This document shows positions 1 through 8,070 of a stretch of DNA of 64,000 nucleotides, one piece after another; position 1 is the stretch's first letter; each line of letters begins with the position of its first letter. Origin of the DNA: an uncultured bacterium (GTDB lineage Bacteria; Acidobacteriota; Aminicenantia; UBA2199); NCBI GenBank assembly GCA_965603365.1, contig CBFDCR010000014.1, forward strand, positions 14,183-78,182. Direction: 5' to 3'. The position numbers and the translations under genes were made by a program. A model generated the notes under the pieces. It searched no databases, was not told where the DNA came from, and saw only the letters and a program-made list of their open reading frames with translations.

Positions 1-164
1 TCTTTCAGAGTGGCATTGGTGGTTACTTGCGGGCTGCAAAAAATACATTGCTTCCCGGTCATATAACAGCGTCGAATTCGGTGAGGGAACTCTTGTTCCT
101 CTCCACTGAATTTTTTATAAAATCTCGTTCTTGCTGATTCTTTTCCAACGTCTTGAGTATTCAT
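1..164 (-). CDS. hypothetical protein, N-terminal part only (gene runs off window start)
   Basis: ATG at 162-164 (minus) with AGGAGGAAAG Shine-Dalgarno at 171-180. The frame stays open to position 1. Translation MNTQDVGKESARTRFYKKFSGEEQEF... matches no family I recognise. Confidence 0.4.
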   Translation of the reverse strand, partial: MNTQDVGKESARTRFYKKFSGEEQEFPHRIRRCYMTGKQCIFCSPQVTTNATLK

Positions 165-326
165 AACTTACTTTCCTCCTCTCAAATCATCCAAAAATTT
201 CCAACAAATTAACCATTCTCTTCACCGCTTAAATTAATTATATCAATTAACTTTTTCAAGTGGATATTATAAAGAAAATATTTAAATATTTCAAGTCAAT
301 AGAGGCAAAAAAATATTTTTGTTACA

Positions 327-920
327 CTACTTGTTGAGTTTGAGTTTGCCGATGACTTTGACCAGTTCTTCGTGGAGGATGTGGGAGAGTTCCATGGGTA
401 CCAGGTGGGTCTTTTTGTCTTTTAAGGCCTTCTTGCGGTTGAAGGTATGGGAGAGGATGAGTCGATTGGACTCGAATTCCCGGATCTCGATCTCCATGGC
501 CAGCCTGGCATACCACACCCTGATGGCATCCACCTCCTCCAGGGTCAGCACCCTTGCCTGCATGGTCCACTGGGGCGTGCCTTCGGAAAACTGGCGGATC
601 ACCCGCTTAAATACATTATTCTTATTCAGGAACTCCACCACCGTATCCCGGATCAACTCGCCCGGCTTCTTGATCCAGAAACTGTAAGAGTAGTAGTTCA
701 ACTCAAAGGGAGATTCCCGGTACACCAGCCGGTAGTCGTCGTAGATCCGTTCCACCTTCACCCGTTTGACCAACAACACCCGGTCAATCGGTGTTAGCCC
801 CTTACTCTCCCCCACCGGCAGCTTTAGTTGAAAATAACGCTTGTAAGGGGAGGTCATGCAGCCCCCCAAAAAGATGGCGATTAAAACAAGACAACAAGAG
901 TATCGGGAAAAACGTTTCAT
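327..920 (-). CDS. ABC-transport auxiliary lipoprotein (PqiC/YmbA-like)
   Basis: 197 aa with lipoprotein signal ...LIAIFLGGC. ATGA start/stop overlap with the upstream MCE gene. Last gene of the Mla-like operon. Confidence 0.7.
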   Translation of the reverse strand: MKRFSRYSCCLVLIAIFLGGCMTSPYKRYFQLKLPVGESKGLTPIDRVLLVKRVKVERIYDDYRLVYRESPFELNYYSYSFWIKKPGELIRDTVVEFLNKNNVFKRVIRQFSEGTPQWTMQARVLTLEEVDAIRVWYARLAMEIEIREFESNRLILSHTFNRKKALKDKKTHLVPMELSHILHEELVKVIGKLKLNK

Positions 921-1852
921 TTTTTTCTCCTCTTTTCTTTCCGGGTACGAATAAGGATGGTGGGGTCCTCGCTTAAATTCCGGGAAAACCGGGCCAGATT
1001 CTCCAGTGATTCCCGCAGGCCCACCAGGGTCTTGTTGAGTTCATCCTTTACATCCAGGAAGGTGCCTTCTATTTTGCGAATGCTGGTGGTGGAGGTCTGG
1101 AAAAAGGCATCCACATCTTTTAGAGTCTTACCCAACTCCTCATCGGAAAAACGGGCCGACAGGTTATCGACCAATTTTTCCGTCTTTTCTACGATCCTAA
1201 CGATGTCCAGCCGACTCAGACTGTCGGAAAGGCGGTTGACCTTTTGGGAAAACTTCTCTATATTTTCCAGGGAACGGGCCATTGACATTCGCTGCTCCTG
1301 GATAAAGGATTTCAGCACAGCCGTACTCTCTTCAATATTTCCCAGGATGCGGGAGATCTCCTCTTCCCGGTCCTCACCGAGCAATTTATTGATATTCTTC
1401 ACCGCCTTATCGATATTGGAAACGATGTCTTCGGCCTTTTCCCCCAGACCCCTCTTCATGGGAATCACGCCCCCGGGTTCGAGGTTTTCCGAGGCCGATT
1501 TACCGCCGGATAATTCCACGAACTTGAGCCCGGTAATACCGGCATACGACAATTGGGCCCGCATGTCTGTCTTAACGGGAAAGCCCTTATTGATCCTCAC
1601 CTCCACCAGGATGGAGCTCAAATCCTTCGAGTTGACCTCGATTTCCCGTACCTTGCCGATATCCACCCCCTGGTACTTCACATTGGAGCCTTCATTCAGC
1701 CCATATACGGAAATGCCTTTAAAGCTAATGAAATACTTATTGCCCTCTTCTTTCAACTTGGGCAGGATAAAGATGCCCAAAATCACGATTAGCAGGACAA
1801 TGGATACCACCAAAAAAATACCCAGCCTCTGTTTTTGTTCTCTGGTTAACAT
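917..1852 (-). CDS. MlaD/MCE-family substrate-binding protein
   Basis: 311 aa. N-terminal TM helix, then MCE motifs (GLNEGSNVKYQGVDIGKV...YAGITGLKFVELSGG) and a long helical C-terminus. Overlaps the ATPase gene by 7 nt. Confidence 0.85.
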   Translation of the reverse strand: MLTREQKQRLGIFLVVSIVLLIVILGIFILPKLKEEGNKYFISFKGISVYGLNEGSNVKYQGVDIGKVREIEVNSKDLSSILVEVRINKGFPVKTDMRAQLSYAGITGLKFVELSGGKSASENLEPGGVIPMKRGLGEKAEDIVSNIDKAVKNINKLLGEDREEEISRILGNIEESTAVLKSFIQEQRMSMARSLENIEKFSQKVNRLSDSLSRLDIVRIVEKTEKLVDNLSARFSDEELGKTLKDVDAFFQTSTTSIRKIEGTFLDVKDELNKTLVGLRESLENLARFSRNLSEDPTILIRTRKEKRRKK

Positions 1853-2598
1853 TTTTCCTCATTCCTCATAAAAAAAGTGTCGATAAAAGAATCATTGGCG
1901 GAGAAAAGCTCGGTTAAAGTCCCATTAAAATACATGCTGCCGGCCTTCAACACAATGGCCCGGTCGGCAATCTTTTCAATCGACCGCAGTTCATGGGTGA
2001 CCACCACAAAGGTAATCCCAAACACCTGCCGCAGGTGCAGCATCAATTCATCCAGTTCGGCAGCGGTGATGGGGTCGAGTCCGGAGGATGGCTCATCGCA
2101 AAAAATAATTTCCGGGTCCAGGATCATGGCCCGGGCCAACGCGCCCCTCTTGCGCATGCCGCCGGAGAGCTCGGCGGGAAACTTGTGGCTGTTCTCGGCC
2201 AACCCCACCCCCGCCAGCCTCGAATGCACCATCTCCTGCTCAATCTCCCGGGGCAATTCCGGGTACTGCATGTTGAGGGGCAGGGCCACGTTATCATACA
2301 GGCTCAATGAATTAAGCAAGGCGCCGCCCTGGTATAATACCCCGATCCTTTCATACACATGGTGTACGGCATGTTCGGATAAGAAATCCAATTGCCGACC
2401 CCAAAAATAGACATGACCCTGCAGCGGCGGAATCAAGCCGATCAGGGTCTTTAAAACAGTAGATTTGCCGGAACCGCTTTTACCCAGTATGACACAGATT
2501 TCCCCCCTGTTGATGGTAAAACTCAAATCCCGCAGCACCGCGCTCCGCTCATAGCCCACATCCAGCCTGTCGGTTCTAATGATCTCTGCCCCTTCCAT
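1846..2598 (-). CDS. ABC transporter ATP-binding protein (MlaF-like)
   Basis: Walker A GKSGSGKST, signature LSGGMRKR, Walker B IIFCDEPSSGLD. I prefer the ATG at 2598 (MEGAEIIR...). The ORF-track start at 2637 would overlap the permease gene by 28 nt. Confidence 0.85.
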   Translation of the reverse strand: MEGAEIIRTDRLDVGYERSAVLRDLSFTINRGEICVILGKSGSGKSTVLKTLIGLIPPLQGHVYFWGRQLDFLSEHAVHHVYERIGVLYQGGALLNSLSLYDNVALPLNMQYPELPREIEQEMVHSRLAGVGLAENSHKFPAELSGGMRKRGALARAMILDPEIIFCDEPSSGLDPITAAELDELMLHLRQVFGITFVVVTHELRSIEKIADRAIVLKAGSMYFNGTLTELFSANDSFIDTFFMRNEEKC

Positions 2599-2609
2599 GT
2601 TCTTCACAT

Positions 2610-3680
2610 TTAGTATAAAAGTATGGCAAAGATGCAATCCAGCACGATAATAAGGGATATGGAGAGTACTACCGAGCGGGTGGTGGCCACCCCCACCTCC
2701 CGGGCACCCCTTTCCACGGAAAAGCCCTTGTAACCGGCACTCACCACCACCACCCAGCCAAAGGCGATGGTCTTGCCCAGCCCGATCAACACATCCCCCA
2801 GACCGACGATCAAGAACATCTCATCTAAAAAAACCCTGGGCACTATACCCAGGAAAAAGCGGGCCACCAGCATGCCGCCGAATATACCCACAAAATCGGC
2901 CAATGCCACCAGCAGGGGAATGGCCAACGTGATGGCTATTAACCGGGGCACCATTAAAAACTGTTCCGGCTGAAGGCCCATGGTCTTCAGGGCATCCACC
3001 TCCTCCATGACCTTCATGGAAGAGATCTCGGCGGTAATGGCGGCCCCGATTTTTCCCGCCAGGATTATGCCGGTCATCAGGGGCACCAGTTCCCGGATCA
3101 TGCCGAAGCCCACCAGATCGGCGATGTAGATGTCGGCGCCAAAAAGTTTCAACTGCTGGGCCGAGGTCACGGAGATGGTCACCCCCACCAGGAAGGAGAT
3201 GAAGCAGACAATGGGAGCCGAATCATAGGCCATAAAATAGAGTTGATGCAGGATCTCGCCGGGATAGACGCCCCGCCTCCTCACCAGGTATTGAAAGGTG
3301 TAATAAATTTCATCGGTCAGCAGTGACAGGTATATCCTGGCCCTGTTTTTGAATTTCCAGAAGCGGTCCCCCAATTTTTCGATCCGTTCGGCCACAACGG
3401 TTACGGGTTCCTCTTTTTGGGGTCGAACCTTTTCCTCTGAAAGATACTTTTCAAAAATCCGGCTGAACTCCGGCCTGACATTCTCAAAGGCGACATTTTT
3501 AAAGTGTTTTTTCACATAATTTAAAAAGGCGATTCCGGCGGAATCAAACTTCTCCACCTCGCCAAAATCCATCACCAATGCAGTCGATTTATCTCTGCTC
3601 TTGAGATCTTTAAATAACACCGCTGCATTGCCGATGACGAGTTCTACAGGCAGAAGAAGTTTTTCACCTTTTTTTTCCAT
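2610..3680 (-). CDS. MlaE-family ABC permease with N-terminal STAS-like domain
   Basis: About 100-aa STAS-like N-terminus (FDSAGIAFLNYV) fused to a multi-TM MlaE-type permease (MIRELVPLMTGIILAGKIGAAITAEISSMKVMEEVDAL). The track start at 3692 is TTG; the ATG at 3680 has GAAGG upstream. Confidence 0.85.
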   Translation of the reverse strand: MEKKGEKLLLPVELVIGNAAVLFKDLKSRDKSTALVMDFGEVEKFDSAGIAFLNYVKKHFKNVAFENVRPEFSRIFEKYLSEEKVRPQKEEPVTVVAERIEKLGDRFWKFKNRARIYLSLLTDEIYYTFQYLVRRRGVYPGEILHQLYFMAYDSAPIVCFISFLVGVTISVTSAQQLKLFGADIYIADLVGFGMIRELVPLMTGIILAGKIGAAITAEISSMKVMEEVDALKTMGLQPEQFLMVPRLIAITLAIPLLVALADFVGIFGGMLVARFFLGIVPRVFLDEMFLIVGLGDVLIGLGKTIAFGWVVVVSAGYKGFSVERGAREVGVATTRSVVLSISLIIVLDCIFAILLY

Positions 3681-3731
3681 AATAACCTTCAAGCCCCTAT
3701 TTTAATACAAATCGCCCCATCTATTCAAGGC

Positions 3732-3788
3732 AAATTGCAGAATAACCATTTGGTTGTTGGCTGTTGGTTGTTGGTTATTTTGCAATTT
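3732..3788 (-). other. long stem-loop (17-bp arms, one mismatch) just downstream of the peptide-precursor gene
   Basis: AAATTGCAGAATAACCA (3732-3748) pairs with TGGTTATTTTGCAATTT (3772-3788). The loop is a TGGTTG-type microrepeat. No U-run follows, so it is not a canonical intrinsic terminator. Confidence 0.55.
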
Positions 3789-3821
3789 GCAATGGACAGA
3801 CGAAAGGAAACAGGCAAAAAA

Positions 3822-4001
3822 TCAGGGACAGGCGTATATTCCCGTGATGCAAAAGTTTGTGCACCAGTTTGTGCAATACGGAGGAAGTATCGTTATATGG
3901 TCGTGCTCTCCTCCTTTAACGTCCTTCATCTGGGATTCGTCCAAATTGGCTACAGTTGCTTTGTTTAATGAAAGTTTCCTTGAAACTTCTCTTGTTTTCA
4001 T
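3822..4001 (-). CDS. GG-leader peptide precursor (RiPP/bacteriocin-like), 59 aa with a Cys/Thr-rich 28-aa core
   Basis: The leader MKTREVSRKLSLNKATVANLDESQMKDVKGG has the (K)LSLNKxTxxNL...VKGG pattern of GG-motif natural-product precursors. The core is EHDHITILPPYCTNWCTNFCITGIYACP. AAGGAGG lies 7 nt before the ATG at 4001, and the gene has its own promoter. Confidence 0.75.
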   Translation of the reverse strand: MKTREVSRKLSLNKATVANLDESQMKDVKGGEHDHITILPPYCTNWCTNFCITGIYACP

Positions 4002-4037
4002 TTCATTTCCTCCTTTAATTATTTTCATTTAGCCAAC

Positions 4038-4066
4038 ATTCTATCATGCCGATATAGCCTTGTCAA
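4038..4066 (-). promoter_or_regulatory. sigma70-type promoter of the peptide precursor
   Basis: On the minus strand: TTGACA (4061-4066), 17-nt spacer, TAGAAT (4038-4043). It lies about 35 nt upstream of the ATG. Confidence 0.7.
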
Positions 4067-4264
4067 AATAAAGAACACAGGAGATTTTCTTTAGTCCCGG
4101 AGATGAAAAACAGGACAGGGGGATGAGCCAGTCCGGCACCAATAGATGCCCCTGTAAACGAAAATTCTCCTGTTCCCTACCCCCATCTATTTTTTACATC
4201 CCTCCATTATTCCACCTTCCCATTATTCCATCTCGAAAGCAAAGGGAACGGAGTAAAAAAGGTC

Positions 4265-4369
4265 GATATCGGAGCTCGAAGCTGTGATATCGGAGCTCGA
4301 GGCTGTGATATCGGAGCAAAAAGGGTCGCGATCGGAGCTCGAGGCATCGATATAAGAGCTCGAAGGGTC
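4265..4369. repeat. five tandem copies of a ~21-bp unit (GATATCGGAGCTCGARGCTGT)
   Basis: Units at 4265-4285, 4286-4306, 4307-4329, 4330-4348 and 4349-4369. Each carries GAGCTC, and most carry GATATC. The total length is 105 bp, i.e. 5 x 21. Confidence 0.9.
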
Positions 4370-4384
4370 AAAATCGCAATGATT

Positions 4385-4412
4385 GTAGGGGGCGCAGATC
4401 TGCGCCCCCTAC
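4385..4412 (-). terminator. GC-rich perfect hairpin downstream of the MauE-like gene
   Basis: GTAGGGGGCGCAG-AT-CTGCGCCCCCTAC is a perfect 28-nt palindrome lying 20 nt after the stop at 4432. The tail is only moderately U-rich on the minus strand. Confidence 0.6.
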
Positions 4413-4431
4413 CCACCGTGCCCTCCCCCAT

Positions 4432-4899
4432 TTATTGAGAGACCGAGGGATGGGGGGTGCTGGGTTTGTGGAAGAAGATGATGATCAGGCCGGGGAGGAG
4501 CATGAGGAGGTCGCGGAAGGCATCCACGATGAAGTTGCCTTCCCCCGCTTCACTGGAGGTGGTAAAGCAGCCGCAGTTGAAATTGAAACCCCGGATGGCA
4601 TTAACGACAAGGGTAATCATGAATACTGCCAGTAGAGAGGAGAGAAGAATCGCGGCGGTGCGGGGAAAAATGCCGATGACCAGGAAAATCCCGGTGACCA
4701 TCTCCAGCCAGGGCAGTGCCACCGCCATAAAATGGATGAATAGATCCGGTACCAGGCGGTACTGGTAAATAATATCGGCAAAGGCCTGGGGGTGGGCGAT
4801 CTTGTCCAGGCTGGCGTAGATAAAGAGGCCCCCCAGGATCAACCGGCAGAGGACCTGAACGGGACGGGAACTTAAGAAGCGGGCGATCCCGGTTTTCAT
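4432..4899 (-). CDS. MauE/DoxX-family redox-associated membrane protein
   Basis: Four or five TM helices and the NCGCF motif typical of MauE. I take the start at MKTGIARFL (4899), 1 nt after the rhodanese stop. The longer track ORF (to 5055) overlaps the rhodanese gene. Confidence 0.75.
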   Translation of the reverse strand: MKTGIARFLSSRPVQVLCRLILGGLFIYASLDKIAHPQAFADIIYQYRLVPDLFIHFMAVALPWLEMVTGIFLVIGIFPRTAAILLSSLLAVFMITLVVNAIRGFNFNCGCFTTSSEAGEGNFIVDAFRDLLMLLPGLIIIFFHKPSTPHPSVSQ

Positions 4900-4900
4900 C

Positions 4901-5410
4901 TTAATATCCCCCTCCAACCGGCGCCATATCCGGCGAACCGGCGCTCTCAATGGGATTGCCCAGGGCCTGCCAATCATCAAAGCCGCCTTTATATACCAGG
5001 ATATCGGTATACCCCTTCTCATGGAGCTTATTCGCCAGGAAGGTGGAATCCTCACAATTGAAGTCGATACAATACGTCACAATGGTCTTGCCTGAATTCA
5101 ACAGATCCTGCAGCCGGGCAAAGGCCTCGTCAAATTCAAACAGGGAGAAACTGTAGGCACCGGGGATATGCCCCTCGTTATAGGCATGTTGCTGCCGGGC
5201 ATCCAGCACAATGGCCATGTCGCCCTGGATCAAACTCCTCAAAAAATCGGCATCGACGTGCTGGAAGTAGACGTCCGTCTTGTTCTCCCCTTTAGCCGGC
5301 GTGTAGGTCTTAAAAATCGGCACCCCCGACGAAAAAAACTGATTGTAGACCATCCCACTGGCCAATGTCAAAAACACAATGATGGTTGTTTCAAGAATAA
5401 ATTTCTTCAT
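4901..5410 (-). CDS. membrane-anchored/secreted rhodanese-domain protein
   Basis: 169 aa. N-terminal hydrophobic anchor, then a rhodanese fold (VLDARQQHAYNEGHIPGA...IVTYCIDFNCEDS active-site loop...GGFDDW). Confidence 0.8.
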   Translation of the reverse strand: MKKFILETTIIVFLTLASGMVYNQFFSSGVPIFKTYTPAKGENKTDVYFQHVDADFLRSLIQGDMAIVLDARQQHAYNEGHIPGAYSFSLFEFDEAFARLQDLLNSGKTIVTYCIDFNCEDSTFLANKLHEKGYTDILVYKGGFDDWQALGNPIESAGSPDMAPVGGGY

Positions 5411-5544
5411 GGTTCAGATTGTACCCGATTCAAAATAATATTCAATGGTATTACTTTTCCCCCCTCCTGTCAATAGCCTGATTTTTATGGCATCGGCAGT
5501 GAGGGGATGAAACTTTTTAACGATCAACGGGCATTAAGTAACGA

Positions 5545-6072
5545 TCAGAAGGCCCCCCATTTCTGTTTGCCGGGGATGTAGTTACTGGGGCAGATGAAGC
5601 GAAAGAGACGGGCAACTTTTTTCGATTTCTCCAGTTTTTCCTGGCTCTGGGCCTGCATTGCCCCCAACTTTTCCCCGAAGATTTCATCAAAATAGGCGCC
5701 CGCCGCGTTTTTGCGTTCCTTTTCAGTAGCAAATTGCCGGCGAATTTTTTTCAACTCCCCGGCATCCAACCAGAAGCCGCCGCAGCCGGCACACTCATCC
5801 ACTTCCACCTCCCGTTTAACGCTGAAGAAATGGCGCAGCAGCACAAAATCCTGACATTTGGGACACTTTCTCCGCTCGGCGGGATCCAGCCGGACACTTT
5901 CATCCCTTTCGATGTCAAGCAATTCCTGGCCCAAAGACTCATGCTGCTCGTCAAATTTATGCAGTTCAAATTTATCGAACCAGATGCCGCCGCAGCCGCC
6001 TTCACAGACATCCACGGTGATATCGCCAATCGTCTTCTCTGTCAATGATCTTCCACATGCCGGACAATACAT
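5545..6072 (-). CDS. tandem TFIIB-type zinc-ribbon protein (zf-TFIIB family)
   Basis: Two repeats of CPxC...VDxCxxCGGxWxDxxEL (CPACG...CEGGCGGIWFDKFEL and CPKCQ...CAGCGGFWLDAGEL). Confidence 0.7.
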   Translation of the reverse strand: MYCPACGRSLTEKTIGDITVDVCEGGCGGIWFDKFELHKFDEQHESLGQELLDIERDESVRLDPAERRKCPKCQDFVLLRHFFSVKREVEVDECAGCGGFWLDAGELKKIRRQFATEKERKNAAGAYFDEIFGEKLGAMQAQSQEKLEKSKKVARLFRFICPSNYIPGKQKWGAF

Positions 6073-6162
6073 CGTTCTGCCTCCTCACATTTATCGATGA
6101 TTTGAATGAGACACATTAACATGATCTCATCTTTTATCACAATCCGCTAATGAAATCAACCG

Positions 6163-7869
6163 TCATTTGATCCCCAATTTTTTCATCTTTTTATACAATG
6201 CCGTGCGGCTGAGACTCAACCGTCTGGCGGCCCGGCTTTTATTCCATTTACTCTCTTCCAGCATAGTTTGAATTTCTTTTTTTTCATTTTTATAACCGGC
6301 AGTCACCTCCGGTTTTAATACCGACAGGTCGATCCTGCCGCCGCTGCTGGTCTGATTGACGGCACTCTTGATTTCATTCTCCAGTTCCCGGACATTGCCG
6401 GGCCAATCGTACGTTTCCAGGGCCTCCAGCGCTTCGGCAGAGAATCCCTCCACCTCCACCTGATTCAACCAGGCAAACACTTCGGTGAAATGGTGGGCCA
6501 ACGGGACAATGTCAGCCACCCTCTCCCTTAAAGGGGGAATAACGAGACTGACCGGGGCGACCTGGTAATATAGATCCTGGCGGAAACGGTTCTCCTCGAT
6601 CAATCCCCTGACATCTTGCCTGGACAGGGAGATGATCTTCAAATCCACCGGCAGCGGTCGATCCTCCCCCAGCCGATATAATTCCCTCTCCTGGATGACC
6701 CGCAGGATTTTGGCCTGTAAATCCAGGGGCATTTCACCGATCTCGTCCAGCACCAGTGTACCTTCGGAGGAGAGCTCTATTTTGCCCGGGCGCTCCTGCC
6801 GGCCAAAGAGTTCAACCTCCAGCAAACCTTCGCCCAGGCCGGCACAATTTACCTTCACATATGTATCTCTCCGGCGATCCGAATGGAGATGGAGCCATTG
6901 GGCCAACAGATCCTTGCCCGTGCCCATCTCCCCCTCGATGAGCACAAACAGATCGCTTCGGGCGATCTTCCTGCACTTTTCCCGCAGCCGGATCATGGCT
7001 TCGTCTTCGCAGACAATGGTTAATCCTACCTCCCCCTCTGCCAACGACTCTTCCGGTAATCGATTCTGTTCGATGAGGCTGTGGATCAGGGAAAACTCCC
7101 TGGAAAGGTCCCGCAAAAGCTGGATGGTGCTGTCGGGCAAATCGGCCCCGGTGTTGTCCAGGTAGATCAAAGAGACCGGCAGTCCCTTGACCTCCAGGGG
7201 AAACGCATACCAACAGACTTCATCTTTACCCTGGGTGGTCTGCCGGAGTACTTCCTGATCCGATATCTCCAACTGGCCGATGACCTGATCTAAATCCAGG
7301 GGGGGATCTTCAGCGAAATTTTGGGCCGTCAGGATCTTGTTCTCATCTTCCACGGCGGTGGCAATCAGCAGGCTTCCCTGCTTGAAAATGTTGGTCAGGG
7401 GCTCTTTGATCTGATCCAGGATATCCGAAAATTTTTGAATTCTAAATCCCTGGTGCAGCGCGGTGATCACTACCCGGTCAAACTCATCCAGCCGGGTTCT
7501 GGCCTCTCCCCAGGAGGAGGAGATCAAATCGGATACTTTCCAGACAATGGGTGCCGATTCCGGCGACAGCACGAACTCTTCCGGATTGCCCCTTTTCATA
7601 AAAAACTCAATGTAGCCGATGCGGAAGGATTCGTTCAACTTGATCCGCATCTTGCTGACCTTCATATTTTCATAAAAAATGCCGTTTTTGGACTGCAAGT
7701 CCTCGATGAGGATCTCATCCCCCAGCACGGTAAGCCGGGCATGCCTCTTCGATACAAAACCCTCCCGGATACACAGATCGTTTTTGCTGCTCCTCCCCAG
7801 ACCGATACTCTCCCTATCCAGCGGAAACTTCTGAATCGACCCGTTGTACAGATACAACAAATACTTCAT
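6163..7869 (-). CDS. FHA-domain, Fis-type AAA+ transcriptional regulator (sigma54-EBP family, GAFTGA loop missing)
   Basis: N-terminal FHA (LGRSSKNDLCI...VSKRHARL...SKNGIF). AAA+ core (IEGEMGTGKD, LVLDEIGEM, WPGNVRELEN). C-terminal HTH (NKSRAARRLSLSRTALYKKMKKLGI). Confidence 0.85.
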   Translation of the reverse strand: MKYLLYLYNGSIQKFPLDRESIGLGRSSKNDLCIREGFVSKRHARLTVLGDEILIEDLQSKNGIFYENMKVSKMRIKLNESFRIGYIEFFMKRGNPEEFVLSPESAPIVWKVSDLISSSWGEARTRLDEFDRVVITALHQGFRIQKFSDILDQIKEPLTNIFKQGSLLIATAVEDENKILTAQNFAEDPPLDLDQVIGQLEISDQEVLRQTTQGKDEVCWYAFPLEVKGLPVSLIYLDNTGADLPDSTIQLLRDLSREFSLIHSLIEQNRLPEESLAEGEVGLTIVCEDEAMIRLREKCRKIARSDLFVLIEGEMGTGKDLLAQWLHLHSDRRRDTYVKVNCAGLGEGLLEVELFGRQERPGKIELSSEGTLVLDEIGEMPLDLQAKILRVIQERELYRLGEDRPLPVDLKIISLSRQDVRGLIEENRFRQDLYYQVAPVSLVIPPLRERVADIVPLAHHFTEVFAWLNQVEVEGFSAEALEALETYDWPGNVRELENEIKSAVNQTSSGGRIDLSVLKPEVTAGYKNEKKEIQTMLEESKWNKSRAARRLSLSRTALYKKMKKLGIK

Positions 7870-8070
7870 ACCCCCATTTTAGTGCAAGGTTTACATCCTG
7901 TCAACTTCAAAAACCACACTCTTATTTCTCCTTTTCATCAATTTAAAATACAGAATACCCCTGTGAAGAAAGTAATCAGGGCACATGCTTTACCGATATC
8001 CCTTACCTCTATGCAAGTTTTGATACCATAGGGAACCACTTCCCAGTCTTTGGACACGCCCCAGAAGCCG

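Noticed and set aside
957-1871. 304-aa plus-strand ORF covering the whole MlaD gene
   Set aside because: It is an antisense shadow of a gene with clear MCE motifs. The translation is Ser/Arg/Leu-rich and low-complexity, with no ribosome-binding site and no family resemblance.
4265-4369. Possibility that the 21-bp repeat tracts (here and at 34697-34950) are CRISPR arrays
   Set aside because: At 4265 the units are directly adjacent, with no unique spacers. At 34.7 kb the repeated element is a 7-16-bp motif with 5-26-nt linkers, far from CRISPR repeat/spacer geometry. No cas genes are present.
4207-4431. 74-aa minus-strand ORF between the MauE gene and the peptide gene
   Set aside because: Its sequence (…PISQPRAPISQLRAPIS…) is just the 21-bp tandem repeat and the GC hairpin read in frame. 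It has no ribosome-binding site.
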